Shown piece after piece: positions 1-11,706 of a stretch of DNA of 64,000 nt. Location of the stretch: positions 7,998,001 through 8,062,000 of the forward strand of contig OZ210884.1 in NCBI GenBank assembly GCA_964658305.1, read 5' to 3'. Positions within the stretch are counted from its first letter, which is position 1; every line of letters starts with the position of its first letter. This stretch comes from Leptogorgia sarmentosa (taxonomy: Eukaryota). The notes under the pieces are model-generated. The model did not search any database. It was not told the origin of the DNA and saw only the letters and a program-made list of their open reading frames with translations. The position numbers were made by a program, and so were the translations under genes.

Positions 1-963
1 AAATTTTCCAACCGTTCGCTACGGCGAAAAAAAAGGAGTTCGAATGATTCTTACTCGTTCGTACATTTTCGCGGCGAAAAAAGTCGCCACCCAAGTAGAT
101 TTCAAAATTGACATTCAGTGATATATTCTGCGTATCCAAAATTTTTTCTTTTACTTTGTACGTAGATTTTTAAGGTCTTCTGAGGAGCAGCCTGATATTT
201 ATTATAAAATTGGAGTCATTAATCCCAATGATTCATAGTCATTAGCCGGAACAAAAAGCTCAAAAAAGTATGCAGTTTAAATGTCGTCGTTTTTGTTAAA
301 AATAGATAACGACAAAGCTATTTAGCCTTTTCTGAGCTGCATGTGGAAGTACTTTTTTGTTGTAAGTACTTAATTATTTACTGTAAATATAATATCATTA
401 CATGAAAATTTACTATGGGAAATGAATGTCTACATGCCTGTTCCCGCCTTTTTCCATGTTCTCTGAAAACTGGTAGGTTTAGTAAAACAACGTACTCAGT
501 TGTAAAGATGCATGCAACCTTTTGATAGGTTGTTTTAACGAATTGAATAGACCGGGTTGGAAAGAGATACACTGCCAGATGTTTTATTATTTATTCATTC
601 CTCAAATTGTTTACATTGCTTATTAAAAATAATGAGTTGCTTTAACTAACAAGAATTCGAAAGCGAAACATGAAATCTACGTGGCAATGTCCACAACACT
701 GATGCAGTTTCTTAAAACTTCGTTTTTAAAGACAATAAGCAGTTTACAGCATGTGTCATACACGCGCTTCATAAGTCTCAACAACTTGTTGATAATTGTG
801 AAAATGATTGATATGTTGCAAGTCAACACGCCTGTCTTTATGTTCTGTAGCAATTAGCAAAACAGGTTGTACCATATGGATCTGTTGTATTGTAATAAAA
901 GCATTTATTACATGAGTAAAGAGCAATATGAGAGTAATGTCTGCAAGAGGAGGACTGAACCCT

Positions 964-1878
964 TTACGAAATATTCAATAACCGTTTGAATGCTGATCTA
1001 AATTTCTTCATTCCAATGAAATATATATAGGGATTGAGACAAGAGTTTAAGAAAGTAAACGACATCAACCAGCGCCATGTTATGCGTTTTGATGTCTTGG
1101 ATATAGTGTGATCAAAATGTGTTATAATTCTGTACACAGAATATGGCATGAACGTGGCGTAGAAAAGACATACGATAGAAAAGGTGGTGCAAACAGTTTT
1201 CCAAATGTGTAGGATACTTGCACTAGATTTCGTAGACTTGCTTGATTCTGAGTTGAGATGAGATAACTGGCTTGAGACGTTTTTAACCTGAGTTCTTGCT
1301 GTCCTCAAAATTACAGTGTAAATGATCGACATCAAAATCATCTGAAATATGGATATCAACGATAGGGTGAATTCGTATTCTTTATGTTTAATCCACCTTA
1401 TAACTGTCCCGTAACTCAATTTGTGACCAATACACAATGCCAGTGCTGTACACCAAGAAAGCGTTACTCCGAGCCGAACTAGTTTACTGGTAACTAACGC
1501 ATGATATCTTAGTGGACGAGTAACGGCTATAAATCTATCAATTCCAATGAGCAGTATTGCGTTTCCAGTGTTGAAGATGCAGAAGACAAATAACGAAGTG
1601 TAGTATTTGTAGTCCTCAGTTGTTCTGCGTATATGTAGAAGATGTGTTCGCCAAGGCAAATATGTCGTTAAGGCAACAAAATCGGCCACCGCCAAATTCA
1701 GAGTCAGTTTATCAGACGCGCTGTGATGCTCATGTCTTTTTCTCAAGAAGAATACGATTTCAAATATATTTGCTATTGATCCAAAGATGATCTGAAGTGA
1801 ATTGAAGATCACGAGAAAAGTCGCCGCGCTTGAATCCATAAGGAGCGATGTCTTGCCATCTGTGTTGTTGTGAAACAT
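964..1878 (-). CDS. Rhodopsin-class (class A) GPCR, single coding exon, 304 aa
   Basis: Seven hydrophobic segments; TM1 'GSIAN', TM2 'NLAVAD', TM3 'IGIDRF..V..PLRY', TM4 W, TM6 'FMPY', TM7 'NSCLNPYIY', helix-8 'KKFRSAF'; N-terminal NNT sequon. Confidence 0.93.
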   Translation of the reverse strand: MFHNNTDGKTSLLMDSSAATFLVIFNSLQIIFGSIANIFEIVFFLRKRHEHHSASDKLTLNLAVADFVALTTYLPWRTHLLHIRRTTEDYKYYTSLFVFCIFNTGNAILLIGIDRFIAVTRPLRYHALVTSKLVRLGVTLSWCTALALCIGHKLSYGTVIRWIKHKEYEFTLSLISIFQMILMSIIYTVILRTARTQVKNVSSQLSHLNSESSKSTKSSASILHIWKTVCTTFSIVCLFYATFMPYSVYRIITHFDHTISKTSKRITWRWLMSFTFLNSCLNPYIYFIGMKKFRSAFKRLLNIS

Positions 1879-4721
1879 CTCAGATGAAGCGGATCAATCA
1901 ACCCTTCAAACTTTCAACTCTATGACGGATGACCGCAAATTGATAAGAGTGCAAACTGATAGCACTAATGCGGTCCACGTTGAAATGCCAAAACGTTAGG
2001 ATCAAGCGAGAGGACTATTTTTCAAGGTCAAAATTATTTGTAGTGACATTGTGCAACCTGATGTCAGCTTCTATGAATTTTTTATCGTGGACTACAAATA
2101 CCTTGTGGGAGGAGTAATGTTTAAGCTTGTGATAATTATACGTATATACCGGTATACATAATTGTAAAGCGCCCGTTTAATCGTGCTCTTTTATTTATCC
2201 ATAATGTGTACATATCTACATGCCTGAGTAAACAAACTGGTGCAAAAAGAAATTAAGGCTGGACGCTTTAATTTGAAAGTATGAAAACCTATAGAATGTT
2301 GTAATATACATATCGTGGAGGCACACGTAGCTAATATACACTAAAAATCGTTTTATCGGTTGAAATGCGAGTGATAAAATATTTTAGCATTTTATAAACC
2401 CACTATATAATTATATAGTCTTAAATTAGCTATAGTTATTCATTTTAAAAATATTGTCGACCACTATTTTTCATGAATCGTTATATATATTTATATTATC
2501 GTTATAATAAATGTTATGATGATGTTTTATGTTTAACGAGAAATTTGTTTTTTTGGCCCTGAAAGCACACATGTTCTTGCTCATAAAGTAAGTGTAAAAA
2601 CATATAATTATTGTACAAAAAAAGGCTAGTCCGTGAAATTCAAATTAGTCATAATTATAGCGATCCGATTGTTCTAACTGCGTAGAGTTGATGAATGAGT
2701 CACAAAAACGTGTTTTATCTACAAAAGAAATGTCCATAACTAGAACAGTCTTTTGTTTTGAGGGTCGCTAAATGATTCGAAGGAATTATGTTTGTCATAT
2801 GAATGCAACACCATACGGCTACAATTTCAATTCAAAGACTAGAGCCTTTGTTTTATACACCCCATATCAGGACACTTTCAGCCAGCCTGAGTGCACTTTT
2901 GTGCGAATATGATTATTCAAATTGACGCCAATCTTTACGTCATTACCCTTAGGTTGTACACATGAGCAGCTGCTAGGTCTAACCATATATATATAGCATT
3001 TTACTAGACGACATTTGAACGTTTTCCTATATAACTAGCAATTGGTTTTTTAAAACGATTTTACCTGTCAGAAACATGGCGTTCAATTTGCACTCATGTA
3101 TATGCTGTACTTCTTGCTTGGCAGATACGATTTTGTATGCAAATTTAACTTTAAAAGACAATATTTAGTCATCAGTGTATACACACCTTGTACATCGATG
3201 TATTGAAATCAATTGAAATTCACCGAGGTGAATTCGAACTAATTATTTGATGCGTTCATCTGACTGAAGTGGCGCAATCATGGTCTGAAATCAAACATGC
3301 AAGTGCAATTACTCAAATGCGAGCATTAGGCTGACGCCAAATTTCCTTTCCATCATCGTCGGCGAGATAAGAACCCTCTAAGGATCGTATCGCATGATGT
3401 AGATCAGTAGATCGGCATAGGTTTTAAGATTTTTAAGAGGATAATTGTTTTTGCAAGTCGCGTATTTTCGTATTCATTTTTCGACAAAATGCATGGTGGT
3501 TAAAACTCTTTGCGGCGTTTTCTCTCAGAATCATGTCGTTCTATGATAGTAACCTCGAAAAGACAGTGCGTTGCCTTGGAAACTTTGTCTATAACTATGT
3601 CAGAGTGTCCAACCTTTAAAGGAATAGAAAAATTAGGAGCATCAATGTACGTAACTATACGTATACAGTCAGCACAAGATAATTGAAACCTTTGCTTTAG
3701 ATTTTAAACGTAATTTTAACCGTGGCATATTGTCCAAAATCTTTTTATCTTCGTTTTAAATTAAGGCACAAATTATGATTTCATGCTTTTGAAACAACCG
3801 AGCGAATATGCTCGAACAAAGAACTTAGCTCATTATTGACAATGGCCTAAAAGCCTCAAAATTCGATGTTTGTATTTCGACGAAGCAGTGGAGTTCTGAG
3901 CGAGAGTTATGCGTGGAATACGTAAAAATTTCGTCTTAATAATTTATGAAATGGAATTGAGTTATTTCGAGTGAGTTGAGTTTTTTCCATTATTATTGCA
4001 AATTACTGCCCTGTTGCAGCCGAGATTAGGGCATTGATACTGTTTAGAACTATAGATTGATACGTCGGAATTATGTGCTACGAACTTAAACTTCGCTATT
4101 AGTATACTAAAATCATTTTAGTCAATCTCCTGGACGCTGATTGGCTAAAAAGCTTCAACAACTGTGCGAATTAAACATTAATTACACAGGACTGGTGTGT
4201 AATTAAGATAGCTTTGTAAATTTTCCCGCTCTTTTTCATGAGTACGGCTGTGCTTGCGTCAGCAAATCCCTTAATCGATTTACGTGGTCGCTATAAGTTT
4301 TGAGTGATCTTCGTTGAAAATACGTGACACAGAAAAAATCTCTTCTTAACAAGCATTCCTCGTGAAATTACGTTTAATTTCATGAAAATACGCGTGAAAC
4401 TGAACCTCAATTTTACGTACTCGGTTCCATGCGCGATTACCTACATCTTTTTTAGAACTTTTGTTTAAGTCTGAATTATGCAAGAACAGTTTAAAGATAG
4501 CCAGAATTTCTATCGCTAAACTTGATATATCTAAAGATAATCTAAAATTAATTTGATATATCCGACATAGCTACAATTTAATACACAATGTAATATGCTA
4601 ACTGTCTTCATTAGCCTCAGCTTGGTTATTACAGTTAGCATGTACCCGCTCTCTGTCAATCTACTTTATTAATTTATTTGTCTTTCTCTCTTTGTAAGAT
4701 ATGGTAGCTACTTAATGAAAA

Positions 4722-4748
4722 TTGTTGTTGTTGTTGTTGTTGTTGTTG
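4722..4748. repeat. (TTG)9 microsatellite
   Basis: Read directly: ttgttgttg... run. Confidence 0.9.
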
Positions 4749-5586
4749 ATAATCTCACTTGTTGCTATACACCGTTGAAAGTAGACGTAGTTGAAAGCCT
4801 GAATAACGATGTCTTCACAAAAAATCACTGTAATACATGCATTCAACAACTCATCGCCTATATACCCAAGGATACAACTATTTTTGGAACATGAGGTATT
4901 TGTAGACTGTTGTCATAGCAATATAAGAACTCGGGATGGAGGATGTCCACACGTGTTGCTTCGCACAGTGTCCGCGTTTTCAATAACAATTCAATTCAAT
5001 TTCATCTAATCCGTGAGTCGGCCTCAAGCGGGGTCTTTGATTATTCTTTCTGTATATATTTTATTTAAAGGTGTGAAAATAATGGCAAAAAATGGAAAAT
5101 TTTTATCCGGGCCGTATTATCTGTTATTTGCATGAAACTAATTTATTATCCATGTATATCCAATTGCAAGTTTCGTGTTTAAAAATAAAAAGCATTTCAA
5201 GAATAAAAAGCAAGACAATCTTCGCTTGTAGTCTTCATTAGATGTAAAGTTCGTTTTTATTTCGAAGTAATAAGAAGATCGATACAGTCTTCCCTTTACA
5301 GAACGTAAACTTATTCAGAAATCAACAGTGAACAGACAAAATTTATTGTCCAAAAAAAAGGCCCTCGTTTTCATGTGATAATATAGTTCGTTTAATTATA
5401 ACGTCAAACACAATTTTTAATTATAATTATATAATTACCTGTCCACAGGCGACTAACCGAAATAGACGATGCTAAATTATAAGAGGCTTTTTAAAACGCA
5501 TTTATTAACTCAATAGTATATTATACATATCGATTTAATTATATACATGAAAGCTGGGTTCATTCTGGCTACGAGAGCAAAAAAAA

Positions 5587-7102
5587 ATGCAAACTCAGAA
5601 CATTTCATTTTTAAACGAGTCCAGACCGATAGAAAATTATCTTACTTCTGATGAGCGAGCGATTTTAACTGGAGTGTATGTGGTATTGAGTTTTCTTGGG
5701 TTTTTCGGAAATGGAGTTGTGATATATGTTGTCATATCTACGCGATGTTACTTTGATGTTCCTGCTAACATTTTCATCCTCAGTCAAGCGTTTTCGGACA
5801 TGGGAACAGCGCTATCCTTATCCATCTACGTAGTTCATATGTATATCTGGATTTGGGACGTATTCTACTGGTACACAGCTGTAGTTTGGTTGGCTTCTCT
5901 GGGGAGTTTATTTCTGCTCACTTTTAATCGCTTGCTCTCGGTCGTCAACGCGTTCACGTATACTCATCTGATGACATTGACCCGCGCAAAAGTTCTGGTT
6001 GTGCTCAACTGGATTTTAGCCGTTTTCGTTACAGTATATCCTCTTCTTATTCCGTGGCCGTCTCTAAATACAAATCTCGGACGGTACTATGTTCTTGTGA
6101 TAACAGCAATGATGATAATATTTAACGTTTACTTATTTCGCGAGGCTAGAATTCAAGGCAAAAAAATAAAGCGGCAAAATCGAATCGTGACTGGATTGCA
6201 GGTATTTATAACATATGCAATTTTACAACGCCACGATACCGATTTTTAAGCCTATAATCAGTGAATAAATAAAGGAAAGAAATTAAAAGACAAATTTATT
6301 TTGATGATCAACGATTATACTTAACTATAGACGATATTGAATAAATATGTTGTTTGCTAATTTTTCGATGAGCATTTTTTAAGAGTGTCCATTTCTCTTT
6401 CAATTTCACTTATGCTTTTCATTATGAATACAGCGGTATGCACCTGCTAATGCTTTTATTTAAATTGAAAAAGTTGATATATTGGATTCACATTGTGACA
6501 ATACAAAACAAATAGTCTTTATGCATAATGACGTCAGGGCTGGGTGCTATGGAGACCACAAAATGACGTCATTTTACAATTCTACTGTGAAGAGATGTGA
6601 AATTCAAACAGCCTTCACTAATTTACATGTCTTAAAAGCAGATCGAATTGCGTTTCAAGTTGCGAGACAAATTTCATCGTGTAACAGAGCCTTTATATTA
6701 ATCCATTTATTATTTTCGTTTTATGATTTACAGAAAAACCTGAAAGAGGACTTCAAGTCAGTCAGGACTCTGGCCATCGTTAGCGGAACATTTTTGGTCT
6801 GCTGCCTACCATTCACAATTGTAGCGTTTATCTACGGAGATAATAAAGTGTCCATGGAGTTCCAGAGAAACGCCGCGTTCACCGGAATACTTATGTCTAT
6901 CAACGCAATTTCAGATCCAGTTATCTACTATTTCCGAAGCTCAGAGTTTCGGGCATTTTATCAGAGATTCAAACGATCCTGGCAAGCAGCACGAGGGAAC
7001 TCTTTGGAACCAATTCGTCCCTCCAGGACTTTAGCATGGGCGTATAAAATGAAGCGACAGATAGCACCGGTTGAAAATAACGGAGAGAAGATAACTATAT
7101 AG
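5587..7102 (+). CDS. Rhodopsin-class GPCR, two exons (5587-6201, 6734-7102), ~327 aa
   Basis: Exon 1 has TM1-5 (GNGVV, NIFILSQAFSD, TFNRL, NWILA). Phase-0 intron CAG|GTATTT at 6202 to TTTACAG| at 6733 lies in ICL3. Exon 2 has TM6 'FLVCCLPF', TM7 'NAISDPVIY' and helix-8 'SEFRAF'. Confidence 0.9.
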
Positions 7103-7333
7103 AGATTCCTAAAAACCTCGACTGAACTAGTTCTTTTCCTTGCAAGTTTGGTACGTTGATATGCCGTTCATTCATTGTCCTCGAGGACTTTAGCATGGGC
7201 GTATAAAATGAAGCGACAGATAGCACCAGCTGAAGATAAACTGAGAGAAGATAACTAGGGATTCCTAAAAACCTCGACTGAACTAGTTCTTTTCCTTGCA
7301 AGTTTGGTACGTTGATATGCCGTTTATTCATTG
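7018..7333 (+). repeat. Direct tandem duplication (~158 bp x2) spanning the GPCR stop codon and proximal 3'UTR
   Basis: 'aggactttagcatgggcgtataaaatgaagcgacagatagcacc...gatatgccgtt(c/t)attcattg' occurs at ~7018-7177 and ~7178-7333. Confidence 0.92.
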
Positions 7334-7353
7334 AGCTAGATTGGAAGTTTGTA

Positions 7354-7570
7354 CAGGGTGTACCAAAAAAAGCAACGAGTATTGAAAATGATCTATTGTC
7401 ATAATTTCAATATAGGCTAACTCTAAGCGCTGAATGTAAGAGTTCAAAATATTGACAGGTGCATATATTAAGTTTGTCTTATTCACAAATTAAAATATCT
7501 TTGTTAGGCCATTGAAATTATGACAATGGGTCATTTTCAATACTCGTTGCGTTTTTTTGGGGACACCCTG
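7354..7570. mobile_element. Tc1/mariner-type MITE
   Basis: TIRs CAGGGTGTaCCaAAAAAAGCAACGAGTATTGAAAATGA... / ...TCATTTTCAATACTCGTTGCGTTTTTTTGGGGACACCCTG, flanked by TA at 7352-53 and 7571-72. Confidence 0.85.
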
Positions 7571-7680
7571 TATACACTTACTCCCAAAACTCTAAATGAT
7601 ATATTCACCAGTGAAGATATGGAAAATATCTCACTGTGTATTTTTCGGTATCTCACTGTATCATAAATATTTTATATTGT

Positions 7681-8124
7681 TATATAGTTGGTGTCAAAGT
7701 TTAATTTTCCTGTTTGCTGATTGGACAAAACCGTATCACGTGCCGGTCCACAAAACGTCATGTACGCCTCCGGTCAAAAATCAAAAAATTATTGACCGGG
7801 CAACAATTAAATGGGCACAATGCGCATGCGCGTCAACCGTGAAGTCCAAAGTTCATTCAATCGTACGATGTTTTAAAATTTAGTAAAATGTCGACTGCTG
7901 TCACTGTTTTTTGTTTTCAAAGTTCACTCCAGTATTAAACCGGTGAATTCATTCATATTTTGACACTAAACTATATAACAAAACACTTATTTACTGAGAC
8001 TGAGGGAAACATTGTGTTTTGTGGCCCCTCGACCGCCATTGTTGCCCTCGGCTTCGCCTTGGGCAACAACGGCGGTCTCGGGGCCACAAAACACAATGTT
8101 TCCCTTGGTCTCAGTAAATAAGTG
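7681..8124. mobile_element. Non-autonomous element with subterminal inverted repeat and terminal hairpin (Helentron/HINE-like architecture, inferred)
   Basis: tatatagttggtgtcaaa (7681) is inverted at tttgacactaaactatata (~7959-7977). It is followed by a ~65-bp-arm palindrome 7984-8124 centred on ctcggcttcgccttgg. Internal CTGATTGG. Confidence 0.6.
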
Positions 8125-8711
8125 ATAATTAAAAAAGCTTGTACAAGGTTATATGGTATAAATGAAAATTCGACGTTCACTCCGGGCTGTAATTGAAAAA
8201 AACCTCAAGGGTCAGTCCTAATTTTGTGTTCAATTATGGGTTATGATTTAAAATTAATATTAATCGAAAGGAAAGCTGAGTTCTTAACCTGTGAAGTATT
8301 GAACACATTGCAGCAGAGGACTGGGTAAGCTCGCTTGTATTGAAGAGACAAAAATAAACAATGAAATAAGTCGAACACAACATCTAGAACGTTTAATTTT
8401 CACAGTTTTTCTGACTTCCTAAATTCTTTATGCAGCTCAATATTATATTTAAGGCATTTTTAATATATATTTACTCTATTTATTGTTACAATATAACTTG
8501 TTCTCCTTCAAAACATCAACTGGACCCAGTCTTTTGCTCGATTGGGAAATGGCTAAATAATGTTGTACCTCCTTGCAAAAGACAGCCATATGTTGAATGT
8601 TTCTTTCAAATATATAGTAATGTATTTATATTCAATATTAACCTTGACCAATAGGAACTTCAAATCGTCCTGTATATTTTACCGAAAAATGCGAAATAGC
8701 TAGTATGCATG

Positions 8712-8885
8712 TATCTGCTGAGCTGACAGTCACTCGTGCCTAATGTCTTAAGCAAAATGCCCCCGTGTGCGGCAAAATTTTGAGAGGCTTTCGTTGCGCG
8801 TGCGAAAAATCTTTCAATATTTTGCCACACGCGCGGGCGTTTTGTTTACGCGAATAGGCACGAGTGACTGTCAGCTCAGCAGATA
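8712..8885. mobile_element. Palindromic MITE-like element
   Basis: Perfect ~31-bp TIR tatctgctgagctgacagtcactcgtgccta / taggcacgagtgactgtcagctcagcagata; imperfect internal symmetry continues. Confidence 0.8.
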
Positions 8886-8908
8886 GTTCTCGCCGTGTAG
8901 CAGGCTTA

Positions 8909-9028
8909 GGCCTAGATCAAACGTCGAACTTTTCATGCGCCGAACCTAATGCAAATGAGCTCAAACAAAGAACTTTGCTCATTAACATTAGGTTCGGCAC
9001 ATGAAAAGTTCGACGTTTGACTTAGGCC
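8909..9028. mobile_element. PIF/Harbinger-type MITE
   Basis: GGCCTA..TCAAACGTCGAACTTTTCATG.GCCGAACCTAATG TIR and its inverse; TTA on both flanks (8906-08, 9029-31). Confidence 0.8.
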
Positions 9029-9031
9029 TTA

Positions 9032-9173
9032 GGCCTGTTTCAGACGTCGAACTTTAGTCGCGTCGAATGCAATTAGAACAATAGATAATGAGATAACTTG
9101 CCTCATTATCAGCTCATTATCCTTTGTCTGAATTGCATTCGACGCGACTAAAGTTCGACGTTTGAAACAGGCT
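9032..9173. mobile_element. Second PIF/Harbinger-type MITE, abutting the first
   Basis: GGCCTGTTTCAGACGTCGAACTTTAGTCGCGTCGAATGCAATT ... AATTGCATTCGACGCGACTAAAGTTCGACGTTTGAAACAGGCT; TTA flanks at 9029-31 and 9174-76. Confidence 0.8.
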
Positions 9174-9446
9174 TTATAGTCTTGTACAAGACAGTCCAGC
9201 TCATTGTTTTTCATCAAGATTAATTAGCGCACTGGCGTATCTCTGTCCACATTCCAATCCGTCATACAAATAGTGAAGATCCAAATTATATGCATAAATG
9301 ACACAGATTTTATTGTTGAACAAACGTTTATAGACACACGCGTCGAAAATAATAAACCCGATTTCTATTCGCTTTGTTTTCGATACAGACCTACAGAGCG
9401 GAGATATTGCCCACATGCAAATATCGGCCAAAATTTCTACTGGACA

Positions 9447-9780
9447 AACTGGACACAGACTGGAGACCTCAAAAGACCGCAGCAGCGCAATATTAACCAA
9501 CAATTAAAAGCATATTGATTGTCATTGTTATACGAAATAAATTCATATATCTTTATAACAACGACGTGTGGCTTGAGTTGGATTCTGGCTGCGTTCGAAT
9601 TCTAACTGAAGAGTGTTAGCTAATGAACCAAAATTGAATATATGGTCTATGTTCTGCGCTTCAGTGTAGATATTGGGAACTCTATATCGTGAGGTATGAC
9701 TTATTTTCTATCTTGCTCTGTTTGATACGAGAGGAATTAGGTCATTATATAATTATAGCGCTTAGCTTACAACAGGAGTT
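9447..9780 (+). promoter_or_regulatory. Putative promoter / non-coding first exon of channel paralog 1
   Basis: Homologous to 23361-23660 upstream of paralog 2. Both carry GAG|GTATGA donor-like sites (9694, 23578), and matching acceptor-like sites precede the ATG exons (11619, 25149). Confidence 0.45.
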
Positions 9781-11706
9781 TACAGGACTTAGCAGATTAA
9801 TCTTTGCAAAATTCCTTTGCAGAAATCTCATTACTGAACTAGACGAAACCGACAAAATAGGAACTGGGAATCTTTGTTTGAATGTCTCAGTTAATAGATC
9901 TCTTTATATTCAAGCCTATTAGCTAGTTCATGTATATTCTCCTCCCAGAATAACTCTATGCAGTAGAACATATTTCCAAAATCTGCTATGCATGTGTCTG
10001 TTCGCTGCTTAGCCACACAGCTCACTATTATATCAATCGCGATGTACCCGTTTACTGAAGAATCAGTCTAGAAGGAGACTTTTGCTCACATTAATATCTA
10101 AATGATTGGCTATGTAGTCAAAATGTTGATGACAGGCATTTTCACAATAACATTTAGAACATTTGGCGTGAAATTTAATCATGGACAAGAAATAAAAAGC
10201 AATGATCTAGACTCGTCATACATTTCAAGATTTTAACGTATATCGTTCCTTTGATTGTAATGCATGCAGGGTAGAAGGTTGGACAACACTTTCACGCAAT
10301 AGGGCTTTATTTTGAGCTTCCCAAAGCAATTAACCTGCTGATTGGTCTGACAATGCAGATTGAACCTTGATACTTTTTTAGTTGAACTTTCCCGTTTTAT
10401 CAATTGCCAAGTCCACATCTGCAATCATATATAGCGTTCTTGAGCACAGATTTTACAGCGATACCGACTTCCATACAACCGGCACCAAACTGGCCCCAGA
10501 CTCCATGCAGTAGTAATATTTACTGTATCGAGTCTATCAACGCCTTTGTTTCTCGCCCTTTTGAAATTTTATTGTATTTTGTTTGAATTAAAAAGGCGGA
10601 AAAGTCGAGGCTGAAAAACAGATACCTTGATTATTATCAATATGAAATGTAAATTAAGGTATATATCACCGCTGTTTAAACACTCTAAATTAAATGGTCA
10701 ATCGTTGAAGCAAAATTTTTCCTCCTCACATCCTATCCTAGGAAACCGTTTGCACGATCGTCATATTATAAATATAACAACACTCACACGAAATGTGTCT
10801 TTCAGTAAGTCTAGATGTGCATTGCGTTAACTTTTACACTTTTACAACATTATCTATATTACTTTCTTGGAATTAGTTTTTTTGCTGCAATTTTTCATTA
10901 TAGTCAGCAGGCGGTAATATATCAGAAAAAAAAATACTAATGACCAATGTTGATTTTTAATTTATTGAGTTCAATATAATATAGCAGCCGACTATAATTA
11001 TAGTATTTGAAAACAAATATTTATGTCACTTCCTTTCAAATTATTTAAATATTCCGCTTTTCGTATACTCATATATGCAGCGAATCACTAGCTATATGCC
11101 TACATTTTTTGCTAGCTCCAATTTCATGGAAATTTTGGTCGTAAACAAAACTGGTATACGGGGAAAGATTAAATGATGCGGACATGTAGCTACATCAATC
11201 TGAGCTTATACTCCAACAGGTCTAATTACTTTGAGTGTGTAATTTTAGAATATTAAAACGAGACCGATCATTCATGCACGTTAAGTACATGCAGTACAAA
11301 ATGAAAACTTGCATAACTATTTGTTTACGATAAATTAAGCCCCACTCAAACAAGGGAGTCATCATAATCGGCACGGTTTCAACAAATTTCTGGAGGGAGT
11401 ATACATGCACAGTCAGTATATTGCTAACGTCATTTAGGCACTATCTTTGTAATGTAATGATAGACTATGCATGTGCATTGAGATTGGGGCTTACTTTTGC
11501 TTTGGTTAATAAGTCTTGTTTCTCTTTCGACAATTTTTTCGTACTTAATAACGTTCGACTTCCACTATCTGAATATATATGACTTGCAGATTAACACTAT
11601 GCCTATCTCATTTCTCTAGTTTCATTAGAAGGTTACGATCGAATTGAATCAAGGGGCACGATTATCATTGTGAGAAGAGCATCAAACTCTACTGAAACGT
11701 GCCAAA

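Noticed and set aside
6482..6733. N-terminal part of the 206-aa ORF as coding
   Set aside because: It lies in the GPCR intron; receptor-like sequence starts only after the acceptor at 6733.
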